Positions 18,965-29,244 of a stretch of DNA of 50,015 nucleotides are shown here, piece by piece. The DNA is from Gemmatimonadota bacterium (lineage in GTDB: Bacteria; Gemmatimonadota; Gemmatimonadetes; Gemmatimonadales; GWC2-71-9): NCBI GenBank assembly GCA_003221005.1, contig QHTZ01000080.1, forward strand, positions 1 through 50,015, in the 5' to 3' direction. Below the pieces are notes generated by a model. It made no database searches. It saw only the letters and a program-made list of their open reading frames with translations, and was not told the origin of the DNA. Every line of letters starts with the position of its first letter. Position 1 is the first letter of the stretch. A program made the position numbers and the translations under genes.

Positions 18965-19372
18965 TCAGATTCCGAAGAGCAGCCGATCGAGGGACAGCCG
19001 GCCCGCCCCGGTGATGAAGAGGGTCACCGCGGCGGCGAAGAGGATGTACTCGAACTCCCACCCGCCCTCCCCGGTGAAGATGCGGTGCATCTGTCCGGCT
19101 TTGAGGCGGACCGCGCCGAGCATGACCACCGCGAGGCCGAGGGCGGCCGGCTGGGTGAGCAACCCTGCCAGGACCGCCATCCCGCCCAGCGGTTCGGCGA
19201 TGGACAAGAACCTGAGAATCGAGAGCATGCGCGCGGGCAGGTGCGCGGACGGCTGCGCCCGCCACGTTCCCCACTTCTGACTACCGTGTACGAGGAATAC
19301 CACGCCCAACCCCAACCGCAGCGCCAGAAGCGCCCAATCATTGAATTCATGCAGCTGCGCGAGGAATCTCAT
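18965..19372 (-). CDS. DoxX family membrane protein
   Basis: ALLALRLGLGVVFLVHGSQK...GGWEFEYIL...GAGRLSLD; ATG at 19372. Confidence 0.9.
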   Translation of the reverse strand: MRFLAQLHEFNDWALLALRLGLGVVFLVHGSQKWGTWRAQPSAHLPARMLSILRFLSIAEPLGGMAVLAGLLTQPAALGLAVVMLGAVRLKAGQMHRIFTGEGGWEFEYILFAAAVTLFITGAGRLSLDRLLFGI

Positions 19373-19509
19373 CAAGCACCCTCCTAGTAGTGAGCCGTCG
19401 CGGCCTCCGCGCGAACGGCGTCGCGGCAAGACAGGGTTCCTGATGCGGAGAGCGGTGCGTCGATGGTACAATGATACGACTTTCGCAACCCCTATGCTGG
19501 TTGGTCACG

Positions 19510-21900
19510 ATGCCCCGGATCCCGCTCGCCGTCCTCCTCCTCGCCCTCGCGGCCCCCGGCGCGCGCGTCGCCGCGCAGCAGGGCGAAGCGACGACCCTCG
19601 TCACTGGCCTCGTCACGGACACGCTCACGGGCCGGCCGCTGCGCCTGGCGGTCGTGCGGGTCGCCGAGACCGGCGCGTCGACGCTGACCGACGAGAGCGG
19701 ACGCTACCAGATAGTGGTCGCTCGCGGGCCGGTGCGCCTCGAGGTGCGTCGCATCGGCTACGAGCCCGCGTCCGTGACCCTCCAGGCGGCGGGGCACTGG
19801 ATGCGCAATCACGTCTACCTCCGTCCCCTAGCGATCGGCCTCACTCCCGTCACGGTCACGGCGCGGGACGAGTTCGCTCGCGGTCTCATTCAGCGCGCGA
19901 TCGCGCGCAAGCACGAGGTCTACGCCGGCATCCACGACTACCGCTACGACGCATACGTAAAGTTTGTGGTGCGCGATCTCGTGCGACACGCGGACTCGGC
20001 GGCATCGGTGGTACTGATCACCGAGACCCGCACGTCGGCCTACTGGGAGCAGCCCGATCACTACCAGGAGACCATCCTGGCTCGCCGGCAATCGAACAAC
20101 CTGAGCGCCGAGCGGAACCTCGTGTCCGTGGGCGAGATCGTGAACTTCAGCCGGGACCGGATTGATCTCCAGAAGTATTCGCTCGTCTCGCCGATCGCGG
20201 ACGACGCGCTCGACCACTATGACTACCGGGTCCTCGACACGCTCGCCTTCGACGAGCGCCGGGTGTTCCGGCTCGCGATCCAGCCGGGGTCGGAGGGCTC
20301 GCCCTTGTTCGCGGGGATGATCGACATTGCCGACTCGAGCTACGACGTGCTGCGCATCGACGTGGGGGTGAACGGCGCGGTCCGCTTCAACATGCTGAAG
20401 AATCTCCGCTACCAGCAGCGGCTCAAGGACGTCGGGGGCGGACGGTGGATGCCGTACGAGATCAGGTTCACGGGCGACGTGTCGGTCGGGATTCCGCTCC
20501 CCGGCTTTCCCGAACACATGACGTTCGAGCACGTCGCGGCGCTCAATCAGTTCCGCTTCGACGAGCGCAACCGGCCCCCCAACTTGGGAGAGCTCCGCAT
20601 CCTCGTGCACGACGGCGCCGACCGCGCCGACAGCGCAACGTGGACCGCCTCGGGCGCCATCCCGCTCACGACGGCGGAGCGCGCGGCCTGGGCGCGCATC
20701 GATTCCGTCGCGAGCCAGCCGCCGGACCTAGGCGACTGGGTGCGACAGGGCCTCGGGCTGGCGGTCAAGCTGTCGACCGATCCCGCGTTCTTTCATTTCA
20801 ACCGCGTCGATGGGACCTATCTCGGGGTCGGGAACACCTGGTGGCAGATCCCGGGCCTGGTCCTCCGGACCAAACTCGGTTACGCGAGCGGCAGCGACAC
20901 GTGGCGCTACCGCTTCGGCGCCACGGTGCGCGTCTCGGATGCGCGCCGCCTGTGGGTCGGCGGGTCAGTGCGCGACGTGACCGCGAGCCGGCCGACCCTC
21001 GTGTCCCGCGACTACAACCCGACGTACCGCGCGCTGCTGTGGCGGCTCGACCCGCTCGACTATTACCGCGAGCACGGCTTCGTGCTCACCCTGGATACCA
21101 AGGTGGTCGATTTCACGGACTTCGAGCTGCACTACAACGACCTGCGCCAGTCGAGCCTCGGCATGGTCACCGACTACTCGGTCTTCTCCGTGGACCGGTT
21201 GCAGCGCCCCAATCCGGCGATCGTGGATGGGCGGCTGCGTTCGCTCTCGGCGAGCTTCACGTACGACTCACGACCCCTGCTGCGTTCCAAGGGAGAGGAC
21301 TACTATCTGCAACGCCTCACCAGCACGCGCATCCGTGTGAACGCCGAGGTCGCGAGCCCCGGTCTGATCGTGGACGACTTCGACTTCCAGCGCTACTCGC
21401 TGCAGCTGGAGCGGCGCCAGCGCACGTTCAATCTCGGGCTGACGACGATCACCGCGGCGGGCGGGGTCGCGACGGGCCGCGTTCCCCCGCAACGCTACTT
21501 CACCGTCGACTTCGGAATGAAGGCGTTGACATTCCAGGGTGGCGGGTTCAACACCGTGCACGACCAGGATTTCACGGGCACGCGGGCGGTCATGCTGACC
21601 CTGCGGCACGACTTCGACCGGCTGCTGTTCGCGAAAAGCGGGCTGCCGCTGGTGCGGAGCGTGCCCTTCACCCTGAGCGTCCACGGCGGCGTCTTCTGGA
21701 CCGACTTCGTCGGCCACCAGCCCAATCCCGGCGACTCCCTGCTGGTCGCCGCGCCGCGCGCCTACAGCGAGGTCGGGTTCGGGTTGGGCAACCTGACGCC
21801 GTTCCTGTCCCCGTTCAATCTCGCCGCCCACTTCACCTGGCAGCTGTCGTCCTATCCCACGAGCCGCTTCGCGTTCGCGTTGAGTCTCATGCAGCCGTAG
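19510..21900 (+). CDS. Outer-membrane protein: carboxypeptidase-regulatory-like N-domain + DUF5686-like region
   Basis: Signal peptide; VTGLVTDTLTGRPL...TLTDESGRYQI...RRIGYEP; LVSPIADDALDHYDY; FNRVDGTYLG; beta-strand-rich C-terminus. Confidence 0.8.
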   Translation: MPRIPLAVLLLALAAPGARVAAQQGEATTLVTGLVTDTLTGRPLRLAVVRVAETGASTLTDESGRYQIVVARGPVRLEVRRIGYEPASVTLQAAGHWMRNHVYLRPLAIGLTPVTVTARDEFARGLIQRAIARKHEVYAGIHDYRYDAYVKFVVRDLVRHADSAASVVLITETRTSAYWEQPDHYQETILARRQSNNLSAERNLVSVGEIVNFSRDRIDLQKYSLVSPIADDALDHYDYRVLDTLAFDERRVFRLAIQPGSEGSPLFAGMIDIADSSYDVLRIDVGVNGAVRFNMLKNLRYQQRLKDVGGGRWMPYEIRFTGDVSVGIPLPGFPEHMTFEHVAALNQFRFDERNRPPNLGELRILVHDGADRADSATWTASGAIPLTTAERAAWARIDSVASQPPDLGDWVRQGLGLAVKLSTDPAFFHFNRVDGTYLGVGNTWWQIPGLVLRTKLGYASGSDTWRYRFGATVRVSDARRLWVGGSVRDVTASRPTLVSRDYNPTYRALLWRLDPLDYYREHGFVLTLDTKVVDFTDFELHYNDLRQSSLGMVTDYSVFSVDRLQRPNPAIVDGRLRSLSASFTYDSRPLLRSKGEDYYLQRLTSTRIRVNAEVASPGLIVDDFDFQRYSLQLERRQRTFNLGLTTITAAGGVATGRVPPQRYFTVDFGMKALTFQGGGFNTVHDQDFTGTRAVMLTLRHDFDRLLFAKSGLPLVRSVPFTLSVHGGVFWTDFVGHQPNPGDSLLVAAPRAYSEVGFGLGNLTPFLSPFNLAAHFTWQLSSYPTSRFAFALSLMQP

Positions 21901-21934
21901 CCGGTGCCGGCCCGGCCGCGCATATTCCACGACG

Positions 21935-22831
21935 ATGATCGTCTATCTCAACGGCGCCTACCTCGAGCGCGCACGCGCCGCCGTCTCGGTGGACGACCGC
22001 GGCTTTCTGTTCGGGGACGGCGTGTATGAAGTCACCCGCGCCGTGAACGGGCAGCTGTTCGAGTGGGAGCGGCATGCGCGCCGGTTGGCCCGCGGGCTCG
22101 AGGGACTCGGCATACAGCTTTCCGGCGGGCTCGAGAGGATCGGCTTGCCCGAGATCTCGGAGCGCTTGCTGGACGAAAACGGTCTCGGGACCGGCGACGC
22201 CACGGTGTACCTGCAGATCACGCGCGGTGCCGCCGAGCGTCGCCACCATTTCCCCCCGGCGGGCACGCCACCGACGGTGTTCCTAGGGGCGAGCCGCCTC
22301 GCGGTCCCCGAAGCCATCAGGGCCCAGGGCGCCGCGGCGATCACGACCGCCGACCTGCGCTGGGGTCGCTGCGATCTCAAGACAGTGAATCTGCTTCCCA
22401 ACGTGCTCGCCAAGGAGCAGGCGGTCGCGGCGGGCGCGTTCGAAGCGATTCTGGTGCGCGACGGCGTCATCACCGAAGGCGCGAGCTCCAACGTGCTTGC
22501 CGTGATTGGAGGCGTGCTCCGCACCCATCCCCTGATGCCGCAGATTCTCGCGGGCATCACGCGCGAGGTCGTCCTCGAGCTCGCCGCCGAGGTCGGGGTG
22601 CCGGTGGCGTTGGAGGCGATTCCGCAGGACGGGCTGGCCCGGGCGAGCGAGGTGATGGTGACGGCCACGACGGCTGACGTCATGCCTGTCGTGAAGATCG
22701 ACGGTCGTCCCGTCGCGGACGGCCAGCCGGGGCCTGTGGCTCGGCGGTTGCACGCGGCGCTGTGCACCCGGATGGGCCGCGCCGCGGTACGCGCGCCCGC
22801 AGGGGCGACCGGGCCTGCGCGCCCCGTCTGA
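21935..22831 (+). CDS. dat: D-amino-acid aminotransferase (class IV PLP enzyme)
   Basis: VSVDDRGFLFGDGVYEV, YLQITRG, RWGRCDLKTVNLLPNVLAK, EGASSN, ILAGITR. Confidence 0.9.
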   Translation: MIVYLNGAYLERARAAVSVDDRGFLFGDGVYEVTRAVNGQLFEWERHARRLARGLEGLGIQLSGGLERIGLPEISERLLDENGLGTGDATVYLQITRGAAERRHHFPPAGTPPTVFLGASRLAVPEAIRAQGAAAITTADLRWGRCDLKTVNLLPNVLAKEQAVAAGAFEAILVRDGVITEGASSNVLAVIGGVLRTHPLMPQILAGITREVVLELAAEVGVPVALEAIPQDGLARASEVMVTATTADVMPVVKIDGRPVADGQPGPVARRLHAALCTRMGRAAVRAPAGATGPARPV

Positions 22832-23594
22832 GTGGCTGCCGCTTCTCGTCGAGCTGGCCGACCGCGCCGACGAGATCGCCCTGCGATTCTTCCGCACGCG
22901 CGATCTGCCCGTAGACGAGAAGTCCGACCATAGCCCCGTCACCCCCGGCGACCGCGAGATCGAGGCGCTGGCGCATCGCCTGGTGCAGACGCGGCACCCG
23001 GAGCTCGGCATCCTCGGTGAAGAGGAGGGAGAGGCGCCGGGCGCGGGAATGGCCCGCCTGATCATCGACCCCATCGACGGCACCCGCAATTTCGTGCGGG
23101 GCATCCCGATCTTCGCTACGCTGCTCGCGATCGAGACGCGTGGCGAGGTGGTGGCCGGCGTGGTGAGCGCGCCGGCGCTCCGCGCGCGGTGGCACGCGGC
23201 CCGGGGCGCCGGCGCGTTCCGCGACGGCCGGCCGATTCGCGTCTCGGGCGTGGAGGACCTGGGGGCCGCCCTGTTGCTGCACGCCAACCTCGGACGGGGC
23301 GAGCCGGCGCCTCCTCCGGGCCTCATGACGCTGGCCCGACAGGTGGAGCGTACGCGCGGTTTCGGAGACTTCTACCAGCATATGCTGGTGGCTGAGGGCG
23401 CGGGTGAGATCGCCATCGACCCCGTCATGCACCCGTGGGACGCCGCCGCCCTCCAGGTGGTCGTGGAGGAGGCGGGGGGCCGCGCCACGACGCTGGGGGG
23501 CGAGCGCTCGATCTACGCCGGCAGCCTCGTCACCTCCAACCGCGTGCTACACCAGCGCGTGCTCGACGCCCTGCGCGAAGGCCCCAGGTCTTGA
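22815..23594 (+). CDS. hisN: Histidinol-phosphatase (inositol monophosphatase family); start uncertain, possibly CTG at 22815
   Basis: LADRADEIALRFFR...KSDHSPVT..DREIE lies in frame upstream of the ORF-track start at 22983; ILGEE, IIDPIDGTRNFVRG, RGFGDFYQHMLVAEG, PWDAAAL. Confidence 0.8.
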   Translation: MRAPSEWLPLLVELADRADEIALRFFRTRDLPVDEKSDHSPVTPGDREIEALAHRLVQTRHPELGILGEEEGEAPGAGMARLIIDPIDGTRNFVRGIPIFATLLAIETRGEVVAGVVSAPALRARWHAARGAGAFRDGRPIRVSGVEDLGAALLLHANLGRGEPAPPPGLMTLARQVERTRGFGDFYQHMLVAEGAGEIAIDPVMHPWDAAALQVVVEEAGGRATTLGGERSIYAGSLVTSNRVLHQRVLDALREGPRS

Positions 23595-23626
23595 CGCGGC
23601 ACCGTCTCAGGGGGTCTAATCTTGGT

Positions 23627-24853
23627 ATGACTCGACGGCTCGCCCTGCTGCTACTTGCCGCCGGCTCGCTCGCCGCCGGTCGTGACGCCGTGGTGCTGCC
23701 GGCGGGGACGACCGTCGCAATCCGGTTCCTCCAGAGGGTCCGGAGCGGACGGGACACGGTCGGGACCCGCGTGTTGGCTCAAACGCTGAGTCCGCTGGTG
23801 TACGACGGCTGCATAGTGGTGGCCCCGTACACGCAAGTGGTCGCCCGGGTGACGCGGTCGCGGGCGGGGCACCTGTTTGGGGGCCGCGGGGTGCTCGCCC
23901 TGCACTTCGACTCGCTCGAGGTGCGCCCCGGCGAGTGGCTCGCGATCGCCGCGGTGCTCGACACGCTCGAATACACGCGGAAGGCGGACCTCAGAGACTC
24001 CGGGACCATATACGGCTCGCGCGCGTCGGCGGCGAGCCGGGCAGTCCCGCTCGGGATTGCGGGCGCCGCCGGTCTCGACCTCGGACCTTTCGCCCTGCTC
24101 GGCGGCTACTGGCTCGCGCGACGCGGGCCGGCCGCGCGGATCGTCACCGGGGAAACCGGGGCGCTGCGCCTCGCGGCGCCCCTGACCGTTCGCGCGGGTT
24201 CGCGGTGCGTGCCGGTGAGCTCGGCCCGCGCGCTGCCGCCGCTCCCGCCGCTCCCCGAGTTCGTCCCCCGCAGTGAAACGAAGAGTGGACGCTTGAGCGG
24301 CGATCCCATCAACCTGGTCTTCCTCGGCACAGCGGCGGACCTCGACACGGCGTTTCTGCGCGCGGGGTGGGTGGGCGCGCAACGCGGGTCTGTGCGCACG
24401 GTGACCAAGGAAATCGTCGCCGGCCTCGCCAACCGTCAGGCGATCGGGGCGCCGCTCTCCTCGCAATACTTCCAGGGCCGCAGGCAGGATCTCGCGTACC
24501 AACTGTCGGGTCCCAATGCGCGCTTCCGCCACCACGCGCGCCTCTGGCTCCTGGACAGTCTCACCGGCTATTGGGTCGGCACGGCAAGTCACGATGTCGG
24601 CGTGAGGGTGAACCCGTTCAAAGGCCGTTTCACCCATCGCATCAACCCCGACATCGACCACGAGCGAGAGCGTATCGTCAAGGAGCTCGAGGCCACGGGG
24701 TGCGCGGAGCTGGTGGAATACCGCACCCTGCCGGACGCAACGACGTGGGGACGTAACACGACCGGCCAGTCATTCGTCACCGATGGCCGGTCGGCCGTGA
24801 TCCGCGTGCATGCTTGCCCGCCGCCAGCCGGAACGCTCGTGCGCGGGCCCTGA
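23627..24853 (+). CDS. Secreted protein with C-terminal LssY-like domain
   Basis: Signal peptide from ATG 23627; GDPINLVFLG, AGW, APLSSQYFQGRRQDLAYQ, RHHARLW, THRINPDIDHERE. Confidence 0.8.
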   Translation: MTRRLALLLLAAGSLAAGRDAVVLPAGTTVAIRFLQRVRSGRDTVGTRVLAQTLSPLVYDGCIVVAPYTQVVARVTRSRAGHLFGGRGVLALHFDSLEVRPGEWLAIAAVLDTLEYTRKADLRDSGTIYGSRASAASRAVPLGIAGAAGLDLGPFALLGGYWLARRGPAARIVTGETGALRLAAPLTVRAGSRCVPVSSARALPPLPPLPEFVPRSETKSGRLSGDPINLVFLGTAADLDTAFLRAGWVGAQRGSVRTVTKEIVAGLANRQAIGAPLSSQYFQGRRQDLAYQLSGPNARFRHHARLWLLDSLTGYWVGTASHDVGVRVNPFKGRFTHRINPDIDHERERIVKELEATGCAELVEYRTLPDATTWGRNTTGQSFVTDGRSAVIRVHACPPPAGTLVRGP

Positions 24854-24860
24854 GCGGCCG

Positions 24861-25523
24861 CTACTTCCTGACTGCCGCGAACCGCCGTTGCACCTCTGGC
24901 CAGTTCACGACGTTCCACCACGCGGCGATGTAGTCGGGCCGCCGGTTCTGGTACTTGAGGTAGTAGGCGTGCTCCCACACGTCGAGTCCCAGGAGCGGCG
25001 TGTCACCGTCCATCAGCGGGCTATCCTGATTCGCGGTGCTGTACACGTCGAGCTTCCCGTTCGCCACGACGAGCCACGCCCAGCCGCTTCCGAAGCGTGA
25101 CGTCGCGGCGCCGGTGAGCGTCTCCTTGAACTTGGAGAAATCGCCAAAGGTCCGCTTGATCGCGTCCGCGAGCGCGCCCGACGGCTCCCCGCCTGCGTTG
25201 GGCGCCATGATCGTCCAAAAGAGCGAGTGGTTGTGATGGCCGCCCGCGTTGTTGCGGACGGCGGTGCGGATGTCCTCGGGGACTGTGTTGAGCTGGCGCA
25301 ACAGTTGCTCGAGCGTCTCGGTGTGGAGCTCGGGATACTTGTCCAGTGCGGCGTTCAGGTTGTTGACGTACGCTTGGTGATGCTTCCCGTGGTGGATCTG
25401 CATCGTCTGCGCGTCGATCGACGGCTCGAGCGCCGGGAAATCGTAGGGCAGCGGTGCCAGGGCGTGGTACTTCAGCGGCTCCGCGGGGGACGCCGCGGTC
25501 TGCTGCTTCAGTTTCGGTGACAT
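24861..25523 (-). CDS. sodA: Superoxide dismutase, Mn-type likely
   Basis: [60 protein letters not shown]; ATG at 25523. Confidence 0.95.
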   Translation of the reverse strand: MSPKLKQQTAASPAEPLKYHALAPLPYDFPALEPSIDAQTMQIHHGKHHQAYVNNLNAALDKYPELHTETLEQLLRQLNTVPEDIRTAVRNNAGGHHNHSLFWTIMAPNAGGEPSGALADAIKRTFGDFSKFKETLTGAATSRFGSGWAWLVVANGKLDVYSTANQDSPLMDGDTPLLGLDVWEHAYYLKYQNRRPDYIAAWWNVVNWPEVQRRFAAVRK

Positions 25524-25709
25524 CGCTTCATTTCCTCCGCGTTTCTCTGAGACTGTTCGATGCTGCGCGACGGCGGCGCGTTGCACCGCTGTGAACCCCG
25601 CTCGTCGCGCTACGGTTCCGTCGGCGCCGCGCTTGCATGCCGTTCGGGGTCCCGTATCTTGACACGCCTGCTCGTTTCGAGCTGACACTTCTCTCTCCGG
25701 AGGCGTTCC

Positions 25710-26411
25710 ATGGCGCTGCTCACGGACCTGGGCATCCTCTCTGTGCTGCGATGGATTCACTTCCTCGCCGGCGTCACGTGGATCGGCTTGCTCTATTACT
25801 TCAACTTTGTGCAGGGTCCTTTCTTCGCCGAGACGGACGCGACCACGCGGAGCAACGCCACGCAGAAGCTCGTGCCGCGTGCGCTGTGGTGGTTTCGCTG
25901 GGGTGCCATGCTGACCTTCCTGTCGGGCCTCGCGATACTGGCGATGCGCAAGGCGAGTTGGAACGATGCGTGGGGCATCACGATCCTCACCGGCGCGGCC
26001 TTCGGGATCCTGATGTTTCTGAACGTGTGGTTCGTCATCTGGCCCAATCAGAAGGTCGTGATTGCGTCGGCGGTCACCGCCGCGGGGGGCGGCCAAGCCA
26101 ACCCCAAGGCCGCCGCCGCGGCGCGCCGCGCCTTCCTCGCGTCGCGAACCAACACGGTCATGTCCTTCCCTATGCTGTTCTTCATGGGTGCGGCGTCGCA
26201 CTTCACGCTCAACCCCGCCCGCAACGCGGGGCTTTGGGGTGTCGTGTTGCTAGTCATCCTGGCGCTGCTGGAGCTCAACGCGCTGGTCGGTACGACGGGG
26301 CCCAGCAAGAAGCCCATCGAGACGGTGCGTGGCGTCATCGTCACGGGGTTCGTGACGGCGCTGGTCGTGTACCTGGTCGCTCAGGCGGTGCTCGGCCCGG
26401 CGACGACGTGA
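25710..26411 (+). CDS. Urate oxidase N-terminal / PuuD-like membrane protein without a cytochrome c domain
   Basis: [46 protein letters not shown]-like motif, ASRTNT; no CxxCH. Confidence 0.85.
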   Translation: MALLTDLGILSVLRWIHFLAGVTWIGLLYYFNFVQGPFFAETDATTRSNATQKLVPRALWWFRWGAMLTFLSGLAILAMRKASWNDAWGITILTGAAFGILMFLNVWFVIWPNQKVVIASAVTAAGGGQANPKAAAAARRAFLASRTNTVMSFPMLFFMGAASHFTLNPARNAGLWGVVLLVILALLELNALVGTTGPSKKPIETVRGVIVTGFVTALVVYLVAQAVLGPATT

Positions 26412-26896
26412 CGGTGGCCGCCCCAGCCCGCCCGGGCGCTCCCGCTGTCGGGGATCTCGCCCCCGATTTCACACTGGCGTCGACCGCTGGCGCGGACGTC
26501 ACGCTCTCGAGCTTTCGTGGCACGCAACAGGTGCTGCTCGCGTTTTTCCCCCTCGCCTTCACGTCCACGTGCACGGCCGAGATGTGCGCGTTCAGCGAGG
26601 ACTTCGACCAGTTCGCGCGCGCGCGAACGGCCGTGCTGCCCATCAGCGTGGATTCCGTGCCTACGCTGAAGGAGTTCAAGGCGAAGCACGCGATCAAAGT
26701 GGATCTGCTGTCGGACTTCAAGCGGCAGGTGTCGCGCGCCTACGGCACCCTGCTCGAGGCAAAGTTTCACAGCAACCGGTCCTACTTCCTCATTGACCGC
26801 GAGGGACGGATCCGGTGGCAGCACACCGAGGCCGAGCTCAAGCACCGGCGGGACGACGCCGAGCTGCTGCGTCAGATCGAGGCGCTCGCGGGGTAG
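26408..26896 (+). CDS. Peroxiredoxin (AhpC/TSA, AhpE-like)
   Basis: VGDLAPDFTL, FFPLAFTSTCTAEMC, ISVDS, LLSDF; GTG start overlaps the upstream stop. Confidence 0.9.
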   Translation: MTVAAPARPGAPAVGDLAPDFTLASTAGADVTLSSFRGTQQVLLAFFPLAFTSTCTAEMCAFSEDFDQFARARTAVLPISVDSVPTLKEFKAKHAIKVDLLSDFKRQVSRAYGTLLEAKFHSNRSYFLIDREGRIRWQHTEAELKHRRDDAELLRQIEALAG

Positions 26897-27964
26897 ATGG
26901 CCCGGGTCGCGCTGCGCAACCTCACCAAGGGATTCGGGGCCGGCGCGAAACCCGTGCTACGAGACCTCTCGCTCGAGGTGAGCGACGGGGAATTCGTCGT
27001 CCTCCTGGGGCCGTCGGGGTGCGGGAAGACGACGGCCCTGCGCTGCGTCGCGGGTCTCGAGAGCCCGGACTCGGGCGAGATCCTGATCGGCGACCGCGAC
27101 GTCACGCTGCTGCCTCCCGCCGAGCGCGATGTCGCGATGGTGTTCCAGAATTACGCCCTGTACCCGCACCTCACCGCGCGCCAGAACATCGCGTTCCCCC
27201 TCGAGATGCGCGGGCTGCGCAAGACGGAGGTGTCCCGGCGGGTCCAGGAGACAGCGGCGCGCCTCGGCCTGGGCGAGCTGCTCGACCGGCGCCCAGGGCA
27301 GCTGTCGGGCGGGCAACGGCAGCGGGTCGCCCTGGGCCGCGCCATCGTCCGCGCGCCGCAGGTGTTCCTGTTCGACGAGCCGCTCTCCAATCTCGACGCC
27401 AGGCTGCGGGTTGAGACACGCGCCGAGCTGCTGAAGCTGCACCGGGCATTGGGCGCGACCATGGTGTACGTGACGCACGACCAGGTCGAAGCCATGACCA
27501 TGGGACAGCGCATCGCGGTGCTCCATGAGGGACGCCTGCATCAGGTCGGCACGCCGGCAGAAGTGTACCGGCGCCCCGCGGACGTGTTCGTCGCGCGCTT
27601 CATCGGGAGTCCCGGCATGAACATCCTCCGCGGGACCGCGCTCGAGCGCCGCGGCGAAACGGTCGTGGACTGCGGCAGCTTCACTGTGCCGGTGACACTG
27701 TCGGACTACGCGGGCCAGGTCCACCTGGGGGTGCGTCCCGAGCACGTGGCGATGTGCGGACCGGACCAGGGGCAGGGCAACGCTCAGGTCCTGGTGGTCG
27801 AGCCCCTGGGAGCGGAAACGCTCGTGCACCTGGACGTCGCCGGCCAGGCCCTCGTCGCTCGAGTGCCGGGGATCGTCGACGTGCGTGCGGGAGACCGCGT
27901 GGGGTTCCGCTTGGACCGTCACCACCTGCACCTCTTCGACGTGGCGGAGGCGCGGCTCGCATGA
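26897..27964 (+). CDS. Sugar ABC transporter ATP-binding protein (MalK/UgpC family)
   Basis: GPSGCGKTT, MVFQNYALYPH, LSGGQRQRVALGRA, FDEPLSNLDA, C-terminal TOBE domain. Confidence 0.95.
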   Translation: MARVALRNLTKGFGAGAKPVLRDLSLEVSDGEFVVLLGPSGCGKTTALRCVAGLESPDSGEILIGDRDVTLLPPAERDVAMVFQNYALYPHLTARQNIAFPLEMRGLRKTEVSRRVQETAARLGLGELLDRRPGQLSGGQRQRVALGRAIVRAPQVFLFDEPLSNLDARLRVETRAELLKLHRALGATMVYVTHDQVEAMTMGQRIAVLHEGRLHQVGTPAEVYRRPADVFVARFIGSPGMNILRGTALERRGETVVDCGSFTVPVTLSDYAGQVHLGVRPEHVAMCGPDQGQGNAQVLVVEPLGAETLVHLDVAGQALVARVPGIVDVRAGDRVGFRLDRHHLHLFDVAEARLA

Positions 27965-29244
27965 CGCGGCGGGCGGCGCTCGCGCTGCTGCTCTGGGGGT
28001 GTGGGTCGGTCGGAGGGTCGAGCGGGGGTGGGGTGGAGGTGGTGCGGCTCGCGCATCGGGCCCGGGGCCCGGAAGTGAGTGTTGCAGAGAGTTTGCTCGA
28101 CCGCTACCGAAACCTTAATCCCGGACTGCAGGTGGCACAGCTTGCCGCCGCCACCAACGCGGGATACCGGGAGCGGCTCTTCAAGTCCCTCAGCACCGGG
28201 ACGCCGCCCGATGCATTCCTCCTCGACCACGGCGATGTGCCCGCTGCGATTGAGCGAGGTTGGCTGCTGGACCTGGCGCCCTACCTGAGCCGGGCCGGAG
28301 TGGATCAGGAGGCATTCAATCCCGCGGTGCTCGCGATCTTCCGCCGCGGGAGTGCGCTGTACGCCCTGCCACGCGGGTACTCGCCCGTCGTCGTCGCCTA
28401 CAACAAGGACCTGTTCGACCGCGCCGGGCTACCCTATCCCACGGACGACTGGACGTGGGACGACTTCCTCCGCGTCGCCCGGCTGCTCACGCGCGACAAC
28501 GACGGCGACGGCGAGATCGACCAGTGGGGGACGTCGTTCGAGCGCGGTGTCGCAGCCTGGCTGCCGTGGCTCTGGTCGGGGGGCGGTGACGTCCTGTGCG
28601 CCGACGGACGGCGCGCCAGGGGTTGCCTCGACTCCCCGACCACGATCGCGGCGCTGCGCTGGTACACGGGGTGGGTGACGACGGAACGCGTCGCGCCGCC
28701 CCCCACCGGTCGGCCGAGCTGGAGCGGCACGGACCTGGGAGCCTTCGCGAACGGCGGGATCGCGATGGTGACCGTCGTCCACGGCGCCATCCCCAGCTCG
28801 CGTCCCCCGATCGCCGCTCGTGGTCTGCGCGTGGGCTTCGTCGAGCTGCCGCATCGCGCCGGCTTCGCGCCCGCCACCGCCCTCTATGCGTCGGGCTATG
28901 CAGTCCCGCGAGTGACACTGCGGCGCCGACTGGCGATCGAGCTCGCCGCCTCCCTCGCCGACTCGTTGGCTGCCGCGACGCGGGGCGACGCCGGCCTCGA
29001 GCTGCCGGCCGTCACCGCTGCGGCAGTCGCTCTGGTCGCGCAGGACACGTCCGGCCGGGAGGCCGCGTTTCTCCGTGCCGCAGCGCACGGTCGTGTCCCC
29101 TGGTCGGCGCGCGTCGAGCGGTGGCCGGAGCTCGAGGCGGTGCTACCGGACTTGATGGACCGGGTCCTCGGGGGTGGCCGTCCGGAAGCCGCGGCGCGCG
29201 ACATGGCGCGCCGCCTCGACCGGCTGCTCGGCGCGGTGCGGTGA
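27961..29244 (+). CDS. Sugar ABC transporter substrate-binding lipoprotein
   Basis: ATG 27961, LWG-C lipobox, YNKDLFDRAGLPYPTDDWTWDDF. Confidence 0.9.
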   Translation: MTRRAALALLLWGCGSVGGSSGGGVEVVRLAHRARGPEVSVAESLLDRYRNLNPGLQVAQLAAATNAGYRERLFKSLSTGTPPDAFLLDHGDVPAAIERGWLLDLAPYLSRAGVDQEAFNPAVLAIFRRGSALYALPRGYSPVVVAYNKDLFDRAGLPYPTDDWTWDDFLRVARLLTRDNDGDGEIDQWGTSFERGVAAWLPWLWSGGGDVLCADGRRARGCLDSPTTIAALRWYTGWVTTERVAPPPTGRPSWSGTDLGAFANGGIAMVTVVHGAIPSSRPPIAARGLRVGFVELPHRAGFAPATALYASGYAVPRVTLRRRLAIELAASLADSLAAATRGDAGLELPAVTAAAVALVAQDTSGREAAFLRAAAHGRVPWSARVERWPELEAVLPDLMDRVLGGGRPEAAARDMARRLDRLLGAVR

